DNA from: Shigella phage ESh19
DNA: 64,000 nt
Sequence record: ON528729
Strand: one strand, 5' to 3'
This document shows, in pieces, positions 16,183 through 25,755 of this stretch (position 1 is the first letter of the stretch; each line of letters begins with the position of its first letter). The notes under the pieces were generated by a model. The model saw only the letters and a list, made by a program, of their open reading frames with translations. It was not told the origin of the DNA and made no database searches. The position numbers and the translations under genes were made by a program.

Positions 16183-16197
16183 TTTAATATCTCTCTT

Positions 16198-16476
16198 TTA
16201 AAGTTTAATACAGAACTGGTCTAGTTCTTCTTTTTCAATACAGACTTGTATGTTTCCGTATCTTACATCAGTGAAAAGCATTAGTCCATCCCCAAGTGTT
16301 GATTTTTCTTCAACTGTGAATGTTACCTGCTTAACAAGTGCAGCTAAAGCCGTTAAGCCATTCTCACCAAATTTTTCTTGAGTATAAACCATCCAAGCAT
16401 CAAGCTTGTTGATGTTATAAATCCACTTACCAGAGTAGCTATTCTGCTCTCCATTGACAGTCGCCTTGCCAGCCAT
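16198..16476 (-). CDS. hypothetical protein (92 aa from ATG 16476)
   Basis: ATG 16476 with GGAGA SD; overlaps 3' end of nrdG by about 38 nt. Confidence 0.4.
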   Translation of the reverse strand: MAGKATVNGEQNSYSGKWIYNINKLDAWMVYTQEKFGENGLTALAALVKQVTFTVEEKSTLGDGLMLFTDVRYGNIQVCIEKEELDQFCIKL

Positions 16477-16930
16477 ATTCTTTTCTCCAAAGTATTTGAT
16501 TGTCAGACCCACGATACGGTTTGTGTGTCGGTTTAGAAGCATCATACTTACCATCTATTACCACGTCAACATATTTCATCACTTCTAAGTGAATTTTTTC
16601 ATGTAGCTGGTAACCTGTCCATAACCAGATAGATTTGTCTGGGTAGATAGACCTAACCTTCTGACAAATCTTTGTAACTTCTTCAACGTTACGGTCATCA
16701 AGTGGTTCTCCACCTAGTATGGAAAGACCGCTTATAGCTTCATCTTCCATGAGTCTTAGAATGCCATAAAGGTTTGCATAAGTAAACTCTTTACCAGCAT
16801 TAAACTTCCAAGATTCCTTGTTAAAGCAACCTTCACAGTGATGTTTGCAGCCAGCTACAAAAAGACTGACACGAGCACCTTCACCGTTTGCTGTATCGAA
16901 TTTTCGTATTTCCATGTAGTTCATTAGCAC
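16439..16930 (-). CDS. nrdG: anaerobic ribonucleotide reductase activating protein (radical SAM)
   Basis: CKHHCEGC radical-SAM cluster motif near N-terminus; size ~160 aa; next to nrdD. Confidence 0.75.
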   Translation of the reverse strand: MLMNYMEIRKFDTANGEGARVSLFVAGCKHHCEGCFNKESWKFNAGKEFTYANLYGILRLMEDEAISGLSILGGEPLDDRNVEEVTKICQKVRSIYPDKSIWLWTGYQLHEKIHLEVMKYVDVVIDGKYDASKPTHKPYRGSDNQILWRKEYGWQGDCQWRAE

Positions 16931-17316
16931 ACCCCAACTTCAAACCTTACATGTTTTGTGACGTACTCTTCACAGTGCTCTTTAATAAATTCCTGAAGCA
17001 GCTCATCTTCCTGAGCACGAGTCATCAAAGCAACATACTTTGGATTCATTGTTTGCTGAATGCTGTAGAAAGACATATCACCAATTTCTGTTCCATATGA
17101 ATCTGACCATGTTCCAGTTACTACTAAGACTTTATCACTCAACTCCGTAGGCAGTCCAATGTCATCATCCTTTGCATCATCAATAACAGAATCAGTTATT
17201 AAAAGAGTACATGCTATGTAAAACTCTGAGTATTTTCTGTGAGTTTTCTCACAAGAGCCACACTCTAAAGCATAGTCTTTAAGCCAGTTCATTTGATTTT
17301 TATTTAATTTAGTCAT
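16924..17316 (-). CDS. hypothetical protein (130 aa)
   Basis: ORF; ATG overlaps stop of upstream small ORF. Confidence 0.45.
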   Translation of the reverse strand: MTKLNKNQMNWLKDYALECGSCEKTHRKYSEFYIACTLLITDSVIDDAKDDDIGLPTELSDKVLVVTGTWSDSYGTEIGDMSFYSIQQTMNPKYVALMTRAQEDELLQEFIKEHCEEYVTKHVRFEVGVC

Positions 17317-17410
17317 TTCTCTTTCCTTTCAATGTATTGTATAAAAGCCCTAACAAGAAACCTAGTAAGACAGAGCCTACTAAAGTGACTAACAAGAATG
17401 TCTTAATCAT
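17309..17410 (-). CDS. possible small single-TM peptide (33 aa)
   Basis: hand-translated MIKTFLLVTLVGSVLLGFLLGLLYNTLKGKRND; ATGA overlap with upstream gene and AATGACTAA overlap with downstream gene (translational coupling on both sides). Confidence 0.35.
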   Translation of the reverse strand: MIKTFLLVTLVGSVLLGFLLGLLYNTLKGKRND

Positions 17411-17757
17411 TCGCCATACCACCATATTGTTTGGTTGTTATCACAAACATACAGATACTCTGTCCCGATTTGCGGGACGATGATTGTAGTGTTGCCTGAG
17501 ATGACTGTCATGTAGTACATGTATTCCCTGCTTTGTGATGTTTGCTGGCAATTGTTTGCATTCATCCAAATTCTTGTTTGATAAGTATCATATACTAGAA
17601 ATCCTATCATAATTGCTAATGCAATTCCAAGGAGCCATAACCAAAATTTAGGCCAAAAGTCATAACTTAGCCTATCTTTGTACTTCATAATACCAAGAGT
17701 AATAAGCAATACTAAGCAAGCCAATGTGCAGACTGTAACATAAACCCATACGTTCAT
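17407..17757 (-). CDS. membrane protein with two predicted TM helices (116 aa)
   Basis: hydrophobic segments VWVYVTVCTLACLVLLITLGIM and FWLWLLGIALAIMIGFLVY. Confidence 0.5.
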   Translation of the reverse strand: MNVWVYVTVCTLACLVLLITLGIMKYKDRLSYDFWPKFWLWLLGIALAIMIGFLVYDTYQTRIWMNANNCQQTSQSREYMYYMTVISGNTTIIVPQIGTEYLYVCDNNQTIWWYGE

Positions 17758-17821
17758 AATTATTGCTCCAATAAAAAAGGTGATGTAAGCCTATCAAGAC
17801 CTACACCACCTTGTCAACTAC

Positions 17822-19963
17822 TTACATAGATTTTCTATCCTGAATCTCAGCAATTTTTGCATCGTTCATTCTGGAAGTACCTTTAATCTTAGTCCAGCCA
17901 AGATAACCACATACACGGTTAATCACAGAGATATCATGTGAGTTACACTTAGGACACAATTCAACATCTGCACTTGGACGGTGACCACAATTCTCACAGA
18001 TTGCCAAGTCAAAGTTAACACCTTGATAGAAACCTTTACCCATACCTCTTGTCACACAAGCCCTGATAGCTTTATGATTCTCTGGGTTAGCAATACGAAT
18101 GTACTGGATATGTCCTCCATTACAAGCATGGAAGAAAGGTTCTTCTAAGTCTTGCTTTTCAAATGGTGTAATATCCGCACCAACATTCATGTGGAAACTG
18201 TTTGTAAAGTATTCTTTATCAGATACACCTTTAACAACTCCAAACATGTTTCTAAACTGCTTCAATTGCGTACCACAAAGGCTCTCAGCAGGTGTACCAT
18301 AGAGGGCATACAAGAAACCATCTTCCTGTTTAAACTGCTCCAGCTTGCCATTCAGGTAGTTTAAAACCTTACTTGCAATATCACCGTCTGACTCATGTAA
18401 TCTTTTACCTTGTGCAAGTACTGTTAACTCATCTAATGCAGTAACACCGAAAGAGGCTGTAAAAGATTTCACAGTATCCCAACCAATCTTGTCAGTTGGC
18501 TTCTTATGGCCTTTATACAAACCACCTTGTGTGAATGCTAGAGGGTTAGAGCTTGCTGGCATATTAGCAATCATCTCATAACGCTTTTTATGAAAGCTTC
18601 TAATCATCTCAAGATACTTGTCAAGTTCTGTCCAGAAGTCTAAACCATTCTCTTCAGAATACTTGTAAATCATTGGCAGATTGAGAGATACTGCACCGAT
18701 ATTTGCTCGCCCTGTGTAGAACTCTTTACCATCTTCATCATAATATGGTGATAAGAAAGCCCTACAACCCATTGGAGAGATGACTGCACCTGAACGCTCA
18801 AAAGCTTCTGCAACAGAACCATGACCAGAAACACTTAAGAAGTCTGGATACATAGCTTTAGAACAGCACTCAATAGCTTTGTCATAAAGAGTTCCCTGCC
18901 AAGGGTCTAACATGTGCCTTGTCTCATCATAAATGTAAACCAGTTTAGGGAATACAACAGGCTTCTTAGACTTGCCTTGACCATTCATTCTCACATCAAG
19001 AATAGTCTTTGCAATCATAAATTGCAAGCGGTTATCTTCACTAGCCATATCTGGTTCGAGTAAACCAAACGTTAAAGTTGTGAATGCAAAATCACCACGG
19101 CTGCAAGGAACTGTATTCAGTTTCATTTCCAGAGATTGGAAGCCTTGGGTTAGCTCAATCTGAAGTTGCTCTTTAGCGTAGTGGTATACTTCTTTACTTG
19201 GGATATTATACTGCTTTGCTTTCTCCAGATGATACTCAAAAGACTTCTTAGCATATGGCACAAGAACCTTGTCAATCTCTGGGATAGTAAACCCACCAAA
19301 TTGCTGTGCAGTTGCTGAGAGTACAACGTCACCAATGACCTGTAAAGCTGAAAGTACAGACTTTGGTTCACAGTATTCGATGCCTGACATTTCAAAACCA
19401 CCTTTCAAGACGCTTCCAATGTCAAACAAGCAACAGTTAATACCACCGAAGATTAAATCTCTCAGGTCATGGATATAAATGAATCCATCTTCAATAGCAC
19501 TTGCTTCTTCTGGTGTCAAGTGATACTGCTTAAAGATTTCTTTTGTCAAATATCCACGGATGATTGAGCCTTTTGTAGAGATTAAGCTACTGTCAAAGTT
19601 AGCATTCTCACGGTCACCTAAGAAGAGTGTGTCTTTAGTTTTCTGGTAAAGTTCATCCCAATTCTGTGCAACCTCTTTACGATAGTTTCTGTAGGTTGAG
19701 TATGACTCATAGATTTCATGGTTTACCTCTGCCAGAGTTCCTTCCACAATACTGTGAACATCATCTACAGAGATGAGCATAGCATTCTGATTAGTTGCTC
19801 TGACAAGCAGTCTCATAAAGGCTGATTCAAGAGCATGGATAACTTCTAGTGGTAACTCTTTGTAGCCGACTCTATTAGCTGACTTGGTAACTGCTTCGAC
19901 GATTTTATTTACATTTGGTTTTTCCAGTGAACCGTCTTTCTTAATAATTTGTACTTTAACCAT
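17822..19963 (-). CDS. nrdD: anaerobic ribonucleoside-triphosphate reductase (class III)
   Basis: C-terminal glycyl-radical motif RVCGYLG and Zn-ribbon CENCGH..CPKC; start re-set to ATG 19963 (MVKVQII) with AGGAG SD, directly after terminator. Confidence 0.85.
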   Translation of the reverse strand: MVKVQIIKKDGSLEKPNVNKIVEAVTKSANRVGYKELPLEVIHALESAFMRLLVRATNQNAMLISVDDVHSIVEGTLAEVNHEIYESYSTYRNYRKEVAQNWDELYQKTKDTLFLGDRENANFDSSLISTKGSIIRGYLTKEIFKQYHLTPEEASAIEDGFIYIHDLRDLIFGGINCCLFDIGSVLKGGFEMSGIEYCEPKSVLSALQVIGDVVLSATAQQFGGFTIPEIDKVLVPYAKKSFEYHLEKAKQYNIPSKEVYHYAKEQLQIELTQGFQSLEMKLNTVPCSRGDFAFTTLTFGLLEPDMASEDNRLQFMIAKTILDVRMNGQGKSKKPVVFPKLVYIYDETRHMLDPWQGTLYDKAIECCSKAMYPDFLSVSGHGSVAEAFERSGAVISPMGCRAFLSPYYDEDGKEFYTGRANIGAVSLNLPMIYKYSEENGLDFWTELDKYLEMIRSFHKKRYEMIANMPASSNPLAFTQGGLYKGHKKPTDKIGWDTVKSFTASFGVTALDELTVLAQGKRLHESDGDIASKVLNYLNGKLEQFKQEDGFLYALYGTPAESLCGTQLKQFRNMFGVVKGVSDKEYFTNSFHMNVGADITPFEKQDLEEPFFHACNGGHIQYIRIANPENHKAIRACVTRGMGKGFYQGVNFDLAICENCGHRPSADVELCPKCNSHDISVINRVCGYLGWTKIKGTSRMNDAKIAEIQDRKSM

Positions 19964-19984
19964 TCTGACTCCTAATGCAAAAAA

Positions 19985-20000
19985 GGTCTCCGAAGAGACC
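19985..20000 (-). terminator. rho-independent terminator (GGUCUC-UUCG-GAGACC + U6)
   Basis: stem-loop followed by TTTTTTGC on minus strand; nrdD SD follows. Confidence 0.6.
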
Positions 20001-20012
20001 CTTATATTAATT

Positions 20013-20213
20013 CTACTTAGAAAACTTTTCAATAAGCTTTTTAAGCTTTCCACTCAAATCATGTTTGATATCTAATATCTCAAAGATAACCCATACTAGC
20101 ATAGCTCCAAATAGAGCACCTTGTTTTAAATCAGTAAACAGGCTAGTAACCATGAATGCCAGAGCAATCATCGGAGCATCTTCAACAAAACCATCCCATA
20201 AACGTTTAAGCAT
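20013..20213 (-). CDS. small membrane protein (66 aa)
   Basis: hydrophobic core MIALAFMVTSLF..LFGAMLVWVIF. Confidence 0.4.
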   Translation of the reverse strand: MLKRLWDGFVEDAPMIALAFMVTSLFTDLKQGALFGAMLVWVIFEILDIKHDLSGKLKKLIEKFSK

Positions 20214-20448
20214 TATTCACCTCTGCCATAAAGTTCTGTAGTGTTCCAACAGGTTTCATTTCATTGTCTTCAACCTTCATAATGAAAGGCATCTGACGAA
20301 CAGGTATCTTTGCAATATCCATCAGGTCACTTAGCTCATAATCTTTCCCAAGCATTCTAACAACATGGTCTAAGCCACGAGCCTGAGCAAAGTTCTTAGC
20401 AGTCACACACTGTGGGCATCCATCTTTTGAGTAAATTACATAAGTCAT
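20206..20448 (-). CDS. glutaredoxin/NrdH-like redoxin
   Basis: CPQC active-site motif near N-terminus, 80 aa, between nrdB and nrdD. Confidence 0.7.
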   Translation of the reverse strand: MTYVIYSKDGCPQCVTAKNFAQARGLDHVVRMLGKDYELSDLMDIAKIPVRQMPFIMKVEDNEMKPVGTLQNFMAEVNNA

Positions 20449-21521
20449 TAAGGAACCTCTAAAAATCCTGAATTTAAATCATCAACAACGGTATTCAAAA
20501 GGTACGCACCATTTTGTTGTTCTTGGTTAGCGTTTTGCTCTTTATCAATTTCCATCTTCTTAATCATATATTTCAAAGGTGGTTCTTTAGGAGCTACGAA
20601 GTCTCTTGGAATACCAAACATATCATACAATGGAGCAGCGTTGTAGTAAACCCATTCGTGAAGAAGTTTTGTATTCAAACCTACAACAGCACGTCCTTCA
20701 GAGAAGATATAATAAGACCATTTCTCTTCACTTTCAACTACTTCATCCAGAATTACTTTAATCTCTGGGAGTACTTGACGGAAAGCTTCTTGCCACTCTT
20801 CATCTTTCAAAGTTTCTTTTAATGCTTCGATATCAATCTTTGTGTGAATGATTTCGTCAAGCATAATTTTCTGTACTGCTTGTGCAATCCCTTGGAATTT
20901 ATCTTGTGCATCAAGTGCAAAGGTACATGCAAAGGATGCCATGAAGGAAATACCCTCAAGTGCTGTTACTGCAAAGAGACCTTTTAAGATTACTTTGTGG
21001 AAGTGTAAAGGGTCTTTCTCCATTAGCTCTTGACGAACATAGCTTAAACGATAGTTAATACCTTCGTCAAGTAATTCTGCCAGTGCTCTGTTCACAGTCT
21101 TCAATCTGTCCTGAACAGCAGCGTTCTGGTTAATCTCATCAAGGATTGTTTCAGGGTTCTTGATACACTGACGAACAATCTCTGAATAAGTTAGTGCATG
21201 AAGGTTCTCAATTTCTGATTGCTTCATGATAGCAGTTGCATAGATATCATCAGAGATGAATGGTGCAAATGCAAAAGCTAAACTCTTAGCAACCTGTGTA
21301 TCTGCTTCCCATTGCCATTTCAGAATCTCAAGCATTACACCAGACATTGATTGAGGGACACTCTCAAAGTCTAAACGTGACTGTTCAAATGGGAACTCAT
21401 CTTCAGACCAGTCTTGAGCTTTCTGCTGCTTATACAGTTCAAAGATTTTTGGATAGTGTTTATTAAGTGAATCAAAAGTCTTACGTTCTTCACCTAAGAA
21501 GATTGGATGTGAATTAATCAT
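20448..21521 (-). CDS. nrdB: ribonucleotide reductase class Ia small subunit
   Basis: di-iron ligand pattern (EGISFMASFA..., DEIIHT) and size 357 aa; adjacent to nrdA. Confidence 0.85.
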   Translation of the reverse strand: MINSHPIFLGEERKTFDSLNKHYPKIFELYKQQKAQDWSEDEFPFEQSRLDFESVPQSMSGVMLEILKWQWEADTQVAKSLAFAFAPFISDDIYATAIMKQSEIENLHALTYSEIVRQCIKNPETILDEINQNAAVQDRLKTVNRALAELLDEGINYRLSYVRQELMEKDPLHFHKVILKGLFAVTALEGISFMASFACTFALDAQDKFQGIAQAVQKIMLDEIIHTKIDIEALKETLKDEEWQEAFRQVLPEIKVILDEVVESEEKWSYYIFSEGRAVVGLNTKLLHEWVYYNAAPLYDMFGIPRDFVAPKEPPLKYMIKKMEIDKEQNANQEQQNGAYLLNTVVDDLNSGFLEVP

Positions 21522-21793
21522 TCTGGTAATTTTCCTGTTCTGAACATATCTCTCGCAGCTTGTCTTGTAAGGACTAGCCAGTTTTCCATATTAAATAACT
21601 CAGGTGCTCTAACATATTCTTTGCCGCCATTAAAGCAGTCAATATATCTCACACATTTCTTCCAAGAATCATCATCCTGCTTTACCATTACCTCTGTACT
21701 GGCAACATAGTAAAGTGTATTTCTTGGCTTATACATCAGATAAACAGATTTACCTTCTGCTTTATTTCTTGCGGATTCTATTAAGTCTATCAT
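21518..21793 (-). CDS. hypothetical protein between nrdA and nrdB (91 aa from ATG 21793)
   Basis: track ORF trimmed to ATG with GGAGA SD; preceded by hairpin GAGGGTC-loop-GACCCTC (21816-21836). Confidence 0.4.
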   Translation of the reverse strand: MIDLIESARNKAEGKSVYLMYKPRNTLYYVASTEVMVKQDDDSWKKCVRYIDCFNGGKEYVRAPELFNMENWLVLTRQAARDMFRTGKLPE

Positions 21794-21848
21794 AGACTCT
21801 CCAAAGTTAATTTTAGAGGGTCTTTTACGACCCTCATAGTTATTGAAA

Positions 21849-24083
21849 CTAAACACCACAACCTTCACAGTAAGCATCTTGTAGTGCTGACTTACCAACA
21901 CCAATACGACTGTTAAGATAATACATGGTTTTCATACCAACTGAGTTAGCATAAATCATGTACTTCAGAGCTTGCTCTAATGATACCTTCTTAGACTTCG
22001 AGTAGTCAACATAGAAATCTGAAGAGATAGCTTGACCAGTGAACTTTTGAACAATTGCATAGCAATCAATCATATCAAATGTGTCAATATCCCAAGCAAT
22101 TTCATAGACATACTTCAACTCTTCGTAGTCTGGTACGATAAACAGTACGTTACCAGTGGCAGACTTTTTAGTTAAGATGAAGTCACGAATAGGGTACAGA
22201 CCGTTTGTTGTGTTAGTTGCCAGAGAAGAACTCTCATTAGGCATGTAAGCCTCTAACACAGAGTTACGGATACCTCCATTTTCTTTGATTCGATGTGACA
22301 GGTCATCCCAATCATAACGAAGTTTTGCATCGTGCTTCTCATCAATTTTCTTGTTAGCAGTCTTTGGTGGAACCCAACCATCAGGGTACTTAGTAAACTG
22401 CATGTACTCTGGTACACCACGCTCTTTTGCGAGTCTTAAAGATGCTTCATGCAAGAAGTAAGAGTGCATCTCAGCCAACTCATGTAGTTTGGTTTTACCT
22501 GCTCTTGATGAGTAATTCACATAGTTCTTCGCAAGGTAGTGAGCCACATTAGTAAGGCCAATACCAACAGAACGACGCTTCTGAACATGGTTACGCATCG
22601 ACGGATACGGATAATCCATAAGGTCAATAACGGAGTCAACCATTGCCAGAGCATAATAAGCAACGTCAGCGTATTCATCTTCTGAGATTCTCCCTGCAAC
22701 CAAACTAGCTAGGAAGCAAAGAGCAACTTCACCATCTTCTTTCTTGGCTGTGTAGCTGTATAGGTCTCGTTCATCTTCAAAACCATGTACTGGCAATACA
22801 ATTTCCATACACAGGTTTGACATTTTCAAAGGCTCTTTGAAAGGTGTATGATAGTTTGCGTTGTTAGTAAAGAACGGGTAAACACGTCCTGTAGCATAAC
22901 GTTGCTGAATAAACAACTTGGCAACTTCACGAGCCTTTACACGTTTATGTTTAACACCTGTATGAACTGCGTGACCTACTGCCATAGCAAATTCATCAGC
23001 ACTTGCTGTGTAGAACATGTCATACAGTCTTGGTGCATCTTTGTAAGAGAATAGCAACCAATCTGTATCGTACTGTACACATTGCCAGAAGTAATCATTT
23101 GCACCAAATGAGTAATCCATTTCATTAATACGCTTTGCAGGAACCGTTGTAGGGTGCTTCAAGCGTAGCAAATCCTCAATCTGTGGGTCTAATGCAGTGA
23201 AGAAGTTATTAGCTGAACCACCACGACTCTTCTGCTTATTAGCCTCTACAGCAGCACGTACAAGCTTATAATAAGGGAGTTTTCCCATATGCTCAATAGT
23301 GTTTTGTCGGATTCCATCACCAATTGTTCTGGTCTCCATCAGCATACCAATACCTGCTTGCTTAGTGGTCATGTCATAAGCTACTTTTGTAGCAATGCCA
23401 AGAGATTCAGCAGTATCATTTGCTTTAATTAGGCAACATGAAGCATAGCCAGATTTTGTAGCTCTCAGACCATTCAGATACGGTGTAGGGGCATTAATCT
23501 TCAGGTCAGATAGATATGTGTAGAGCTTAATAACATCATCTAAACGACGCTGTTTAGGCTGTCTTTCAAAGGCTTTCATAGCCATACCCATGAACATAAA
23601 CTGTGGAGACTCAAACAACTTACCACTTTTAATGTCACGGATTCCATACTTATCACGGAACTGCTTCAGCACTGCATACCCATAAGAGATATCTTTTGAA
23701 TGTACGATGTGACCTTGTAAATAGTCAATCTCTTCAGGTGTGTAATCCATGTGTTCCCAAAGCCCCATCTGCTCCATCTTCATCACAAATGGAAGTAACT
23801 GAGGAACCTTTGTAAATCCACCAAAAGCTTCTTTGTAGATAATGCCAAGAAGTAGCCTCCCAGCCATATCAGAGTACTCTTGAGTTTGCTTATCAATACA
23901 AACGTCAATCATAGCTTGGTGCATTTCTTTTGTTGTACAACCTTCATAGACACGCTTCATAGCTTCCATTACAACTTCTGACCAGATAATTCCTCTCTTG
24001 TCAGCCCATGAAGCCCATTTATTTAAACGTTCTGGTTCGAATGGTACAATTGTACCGTCTGATTTGCGAATAGTGGTAATCAT
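21849..24083 (-). CDS. nrdA: ribonucleotide reductase class Ia large subunit
   Basis: N-terminal ATP-cone, active-site NLCMEIVLP block, 744 aa. Confidence 0.9.
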   Translation of the reverse strand: MITTIRKSDGTIVPFEPERLNKWASWADKRGIIWSEVVMEAMKRVYEGCTTKEMHQAMIDVCIDKQTQEYSDMAGRLLLGIIYKEAFGGFTKVPQLLPFVMKMEQMGLWEHMDYTPEEIDYLQGHIVHSKDISYGYAVLKQFRDKYGIRDIKSGKLFESPQFMFMGMAMKAFERQPKQRRLDDVIKLYTYLSDLKINAPTPYLNGLRATKSGYASCCLIKANDTAESLGIATKVAYDMTTKQAGIGMLMETRTIGDGIRQNTIEHMGKLPYYKLVRAAVEANKQKSRGGSANNFFTALDPQIEDLLRLKHPTTVPAKRINEMDYSFGANDYFWQCVQYDTDWLLFSYKDAPRLYDMFYTASADEFAMAVGHAVHTGVKHKRVKAREVAKLFIQQRYATGRVYPFFTNNANYHTPFKEPLKMSNLCMEIVLPVHGFEDERDLYSYTAKKEDGEVALCFLASLVAGRISEDEYADVAYYALAMVDSVIDLMDYPYPSMRNHVQKRRSVGIGLTNVAHYLAKNYVNYSSRAGKTKLHELAEMHSYFLHEASLRLAKERGVPEYMQFTKYPDGWVPPKTANKKIDEKHDAKLRYDWDDLSHRIKENGGIRNSVLEAYMPNESSSLATNTTNGLYPIRDFILTKKSATGNVLFIVPDYEELKYVYEIAWDIDTFDMIDCYAIVQKFTGQAISSDFYVDYSKSKKVSLEQALKYMIYANSVGMKTMYYLNSRIGVGKSALQDAYCEGCGV

Positions 24084-24108
24084 TATATTAAATCCTACAG
24101 GTGAAAAA

Positions 24109-24126
24109 GGGTCTCCGAAGAGACCC
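24109..24126 (-). terminator. rho-independent terminator (GGGUCUC-UUCG-GAGACCC + U5) upstream of nrdA
   Basis: same stem sequence as 19985-20000. Confidence 0.6.
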
Positions 24127-24134
24127 CTTAGAGA

Positions 24135-24470
24135 TTAAATGCTAAAAATCTTTTTACTTACCCAGAGTTCAACGAACTTCTGTGATACTTTTGTCAGTGA
24201 ACCTTTAGACATTGCATTCATGTACCAGTAACGCATACCATCATCGAATGCCATATCAAGTTTTTCACTAACATCATCTTCAAGTCGTGCAATTGAAAAG
24301 TTACCACGTACTTTGCAGACAACTCGTCCAAATTTGATATCACTGCGACCTTTGCAATCTTCAGTGTACATTACAAAGTCACCATGACGGAGTGTCTCAC
24401 CAAACTTATCAGTGCCTAGTTCTTCACCAGCTTTGATTTCTTCTTTAGTTAACTTTTTAATTTTAGACAT
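24135..24470 (-). CDS. hypothetical protein (111 aa)
   Basis: ORF. Confidence 0.45.
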   Translation of the reverse strand: MSKIKKLTKEEIKAGEELGTDKFGETLRHGDFVMYTEDCKGRSDIKFGRVVCKVRGNFSIARLEDDVSEKLDMAFDDGMRYWYMNAMSKGSLTKVSQKFVELWVSKKIFSI

Positions 24471-24789
24471 GATATCTATCCAAGTTTCGTTTCAAGTAAA
24501 TCCACTGGTCATCTGTGCGCTCTACACCCATGAACAGTGGGGCTACAACAACTTTACCAAAAGTATTTCTGTGCTGGCAAATCTCGTAAGAGTACGGTTT
24601 ATCAATATTTAAGCCATACTTATACAACACTGCTGCTAATACTTGTTCATTATCCAGAATCGTTTCTGGCTTCTCTCCGTACTTGTCTAACAGTGAATCA
24701 TTCATAAACACTGTCATAGAGAGGTTGTAGTTGGAGAAGTGGCTTTTTGCCACCACTTCTTCACCTTTATTAATGTTCTGTGAATCCAT
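24463..24789 (-). CDS. hypothetical protein (108 aa)
   Basis: ORF. Confidence 0.45.
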   Translation of the reverse strand: MDSQNINKGEEVVAKSHFSNYNLSMTVFMNDSLLDKYGEKPETILDNEQVLAAVLYKYGLNIDKPYSYEICQHRNTFGKVVVAPLFMGVERTDDQWIYLKRNLDRYHV

Positions 24790-25525
24790 TATAACCGACT
24801 CCTTTCAACCACTGCTTGAGGTTGATTGCATCATAATTCAATTTCGGATATGAGGTTACATGGAACTTCTCACCATCATAGTACACAATATCCGCAAGCC
24901 ATAATCCATTCTCACGGCAGAAGTCTTTATCTGCTTTTGAAGAGATTGGTTCAACTTTAGAAAAGTTTTTAATGCCAAGACTACCAAGACTTCCAATCAG
25001 TCCTTGGCAGATAACGCATGTGTCAGATGTTACCACAAATAATTCTTTTGCGTCAACTTCTGCAATAAAACTTTCAAGTTGAACTTTTGGAAGATTAGAC
25101 TGTTTCATAATCTTACCATCAGACTTGCGAATAATCGCAAACCACTCTTTACCTTCGATGATTGATTGACGCAGGTAACATTCATCACCAGTACGTTTCT
25201 CAATATCAAACATTCGCTGTAAAGCTTCTTGATAGTCGTCTGTGTATTTGAGGTTGTTGTTTTCACAAACAGCCTTGATAGCACCATCATGGTCATGTTG
25301 TGTCAGGAAAATTAAACCGTCAAGTACATACTGCAAATCAGCTTGAGCATCAAGGGTCTCAACAGGGTCTTTGGATTCTACTGCTGCGACTAACTCTCTA
25401 GCTTCTTCAAGCATACACAGAGATTGACTTTTCAGTGATTCCCAATACTCTGTGCTGTATGGTTCTTTTGGATTATTGCCACAACGTAGATTCCAATTTT
25501 TTACGGATTCTCTGGAATTAAACAT
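24770..25525 (-). CDS. hypothetical protein, N-terminal region MazG-like (tentative)
   Basis: EYWESL...LEEARELVAAVE...DAQADLQYVLDGL resembles all-alpha NTP pyrophosphohydrolase pattern. Confidence 0.4.
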   Translation of the reverse strand: MFNSRESVKNWNLRCGNNPKEPYSTEYWESLKSQSLCMLEEARELVAAVESKDPVETLDAQADLQYVLDGLIFLTQHDHDGAIKAVCENNNLKYTDDYQEALQRMFDIEKRTGDECYLRQSIIEGKEWFAIIRKSDGKIMKQSNLPKVQLESFIAEVDAKELFVVTSDTCVICQGLIGSLGSLGIKNFSKVEPISSKADKDFCRENGLWLADIVYYDGEKFHVTSYPKLNYDAINLKQWLKGVGYNGFTEH

Positions 25526-25755
25526 TAAGCCTCCTTATCTTCAAACAACTTTTGTTGAGACTCAATATAGTCCATTCGTTCTTTGAGTTCAACACGTTTG
25601 CTTAACAGATGTTGAATTTGTGATTCCAGAGCATCCATCTCAGCTTCTGTAGCTGACTTAGCTTTGCTGATAGTTTCCTTCAGTGCTGCTACGCCACTCT
25701 GGATTTTAGAAACATGGTCATTTTTGATTTTATTAAACATTTTAAACTCTCTCAT
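25525..25755 (-). CDS. small coiled-coil protein (76 aa)
   Basis: ORF, heptad-like charged sequence. Confidence 0.4.
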   Translation of the reverse strand: MREFKMFNKIKNDHVSKIQSGVAALKETISKAKSATEAEMDALESQIQHLLSKRVELKERMDYIESQQKLFEDKEA

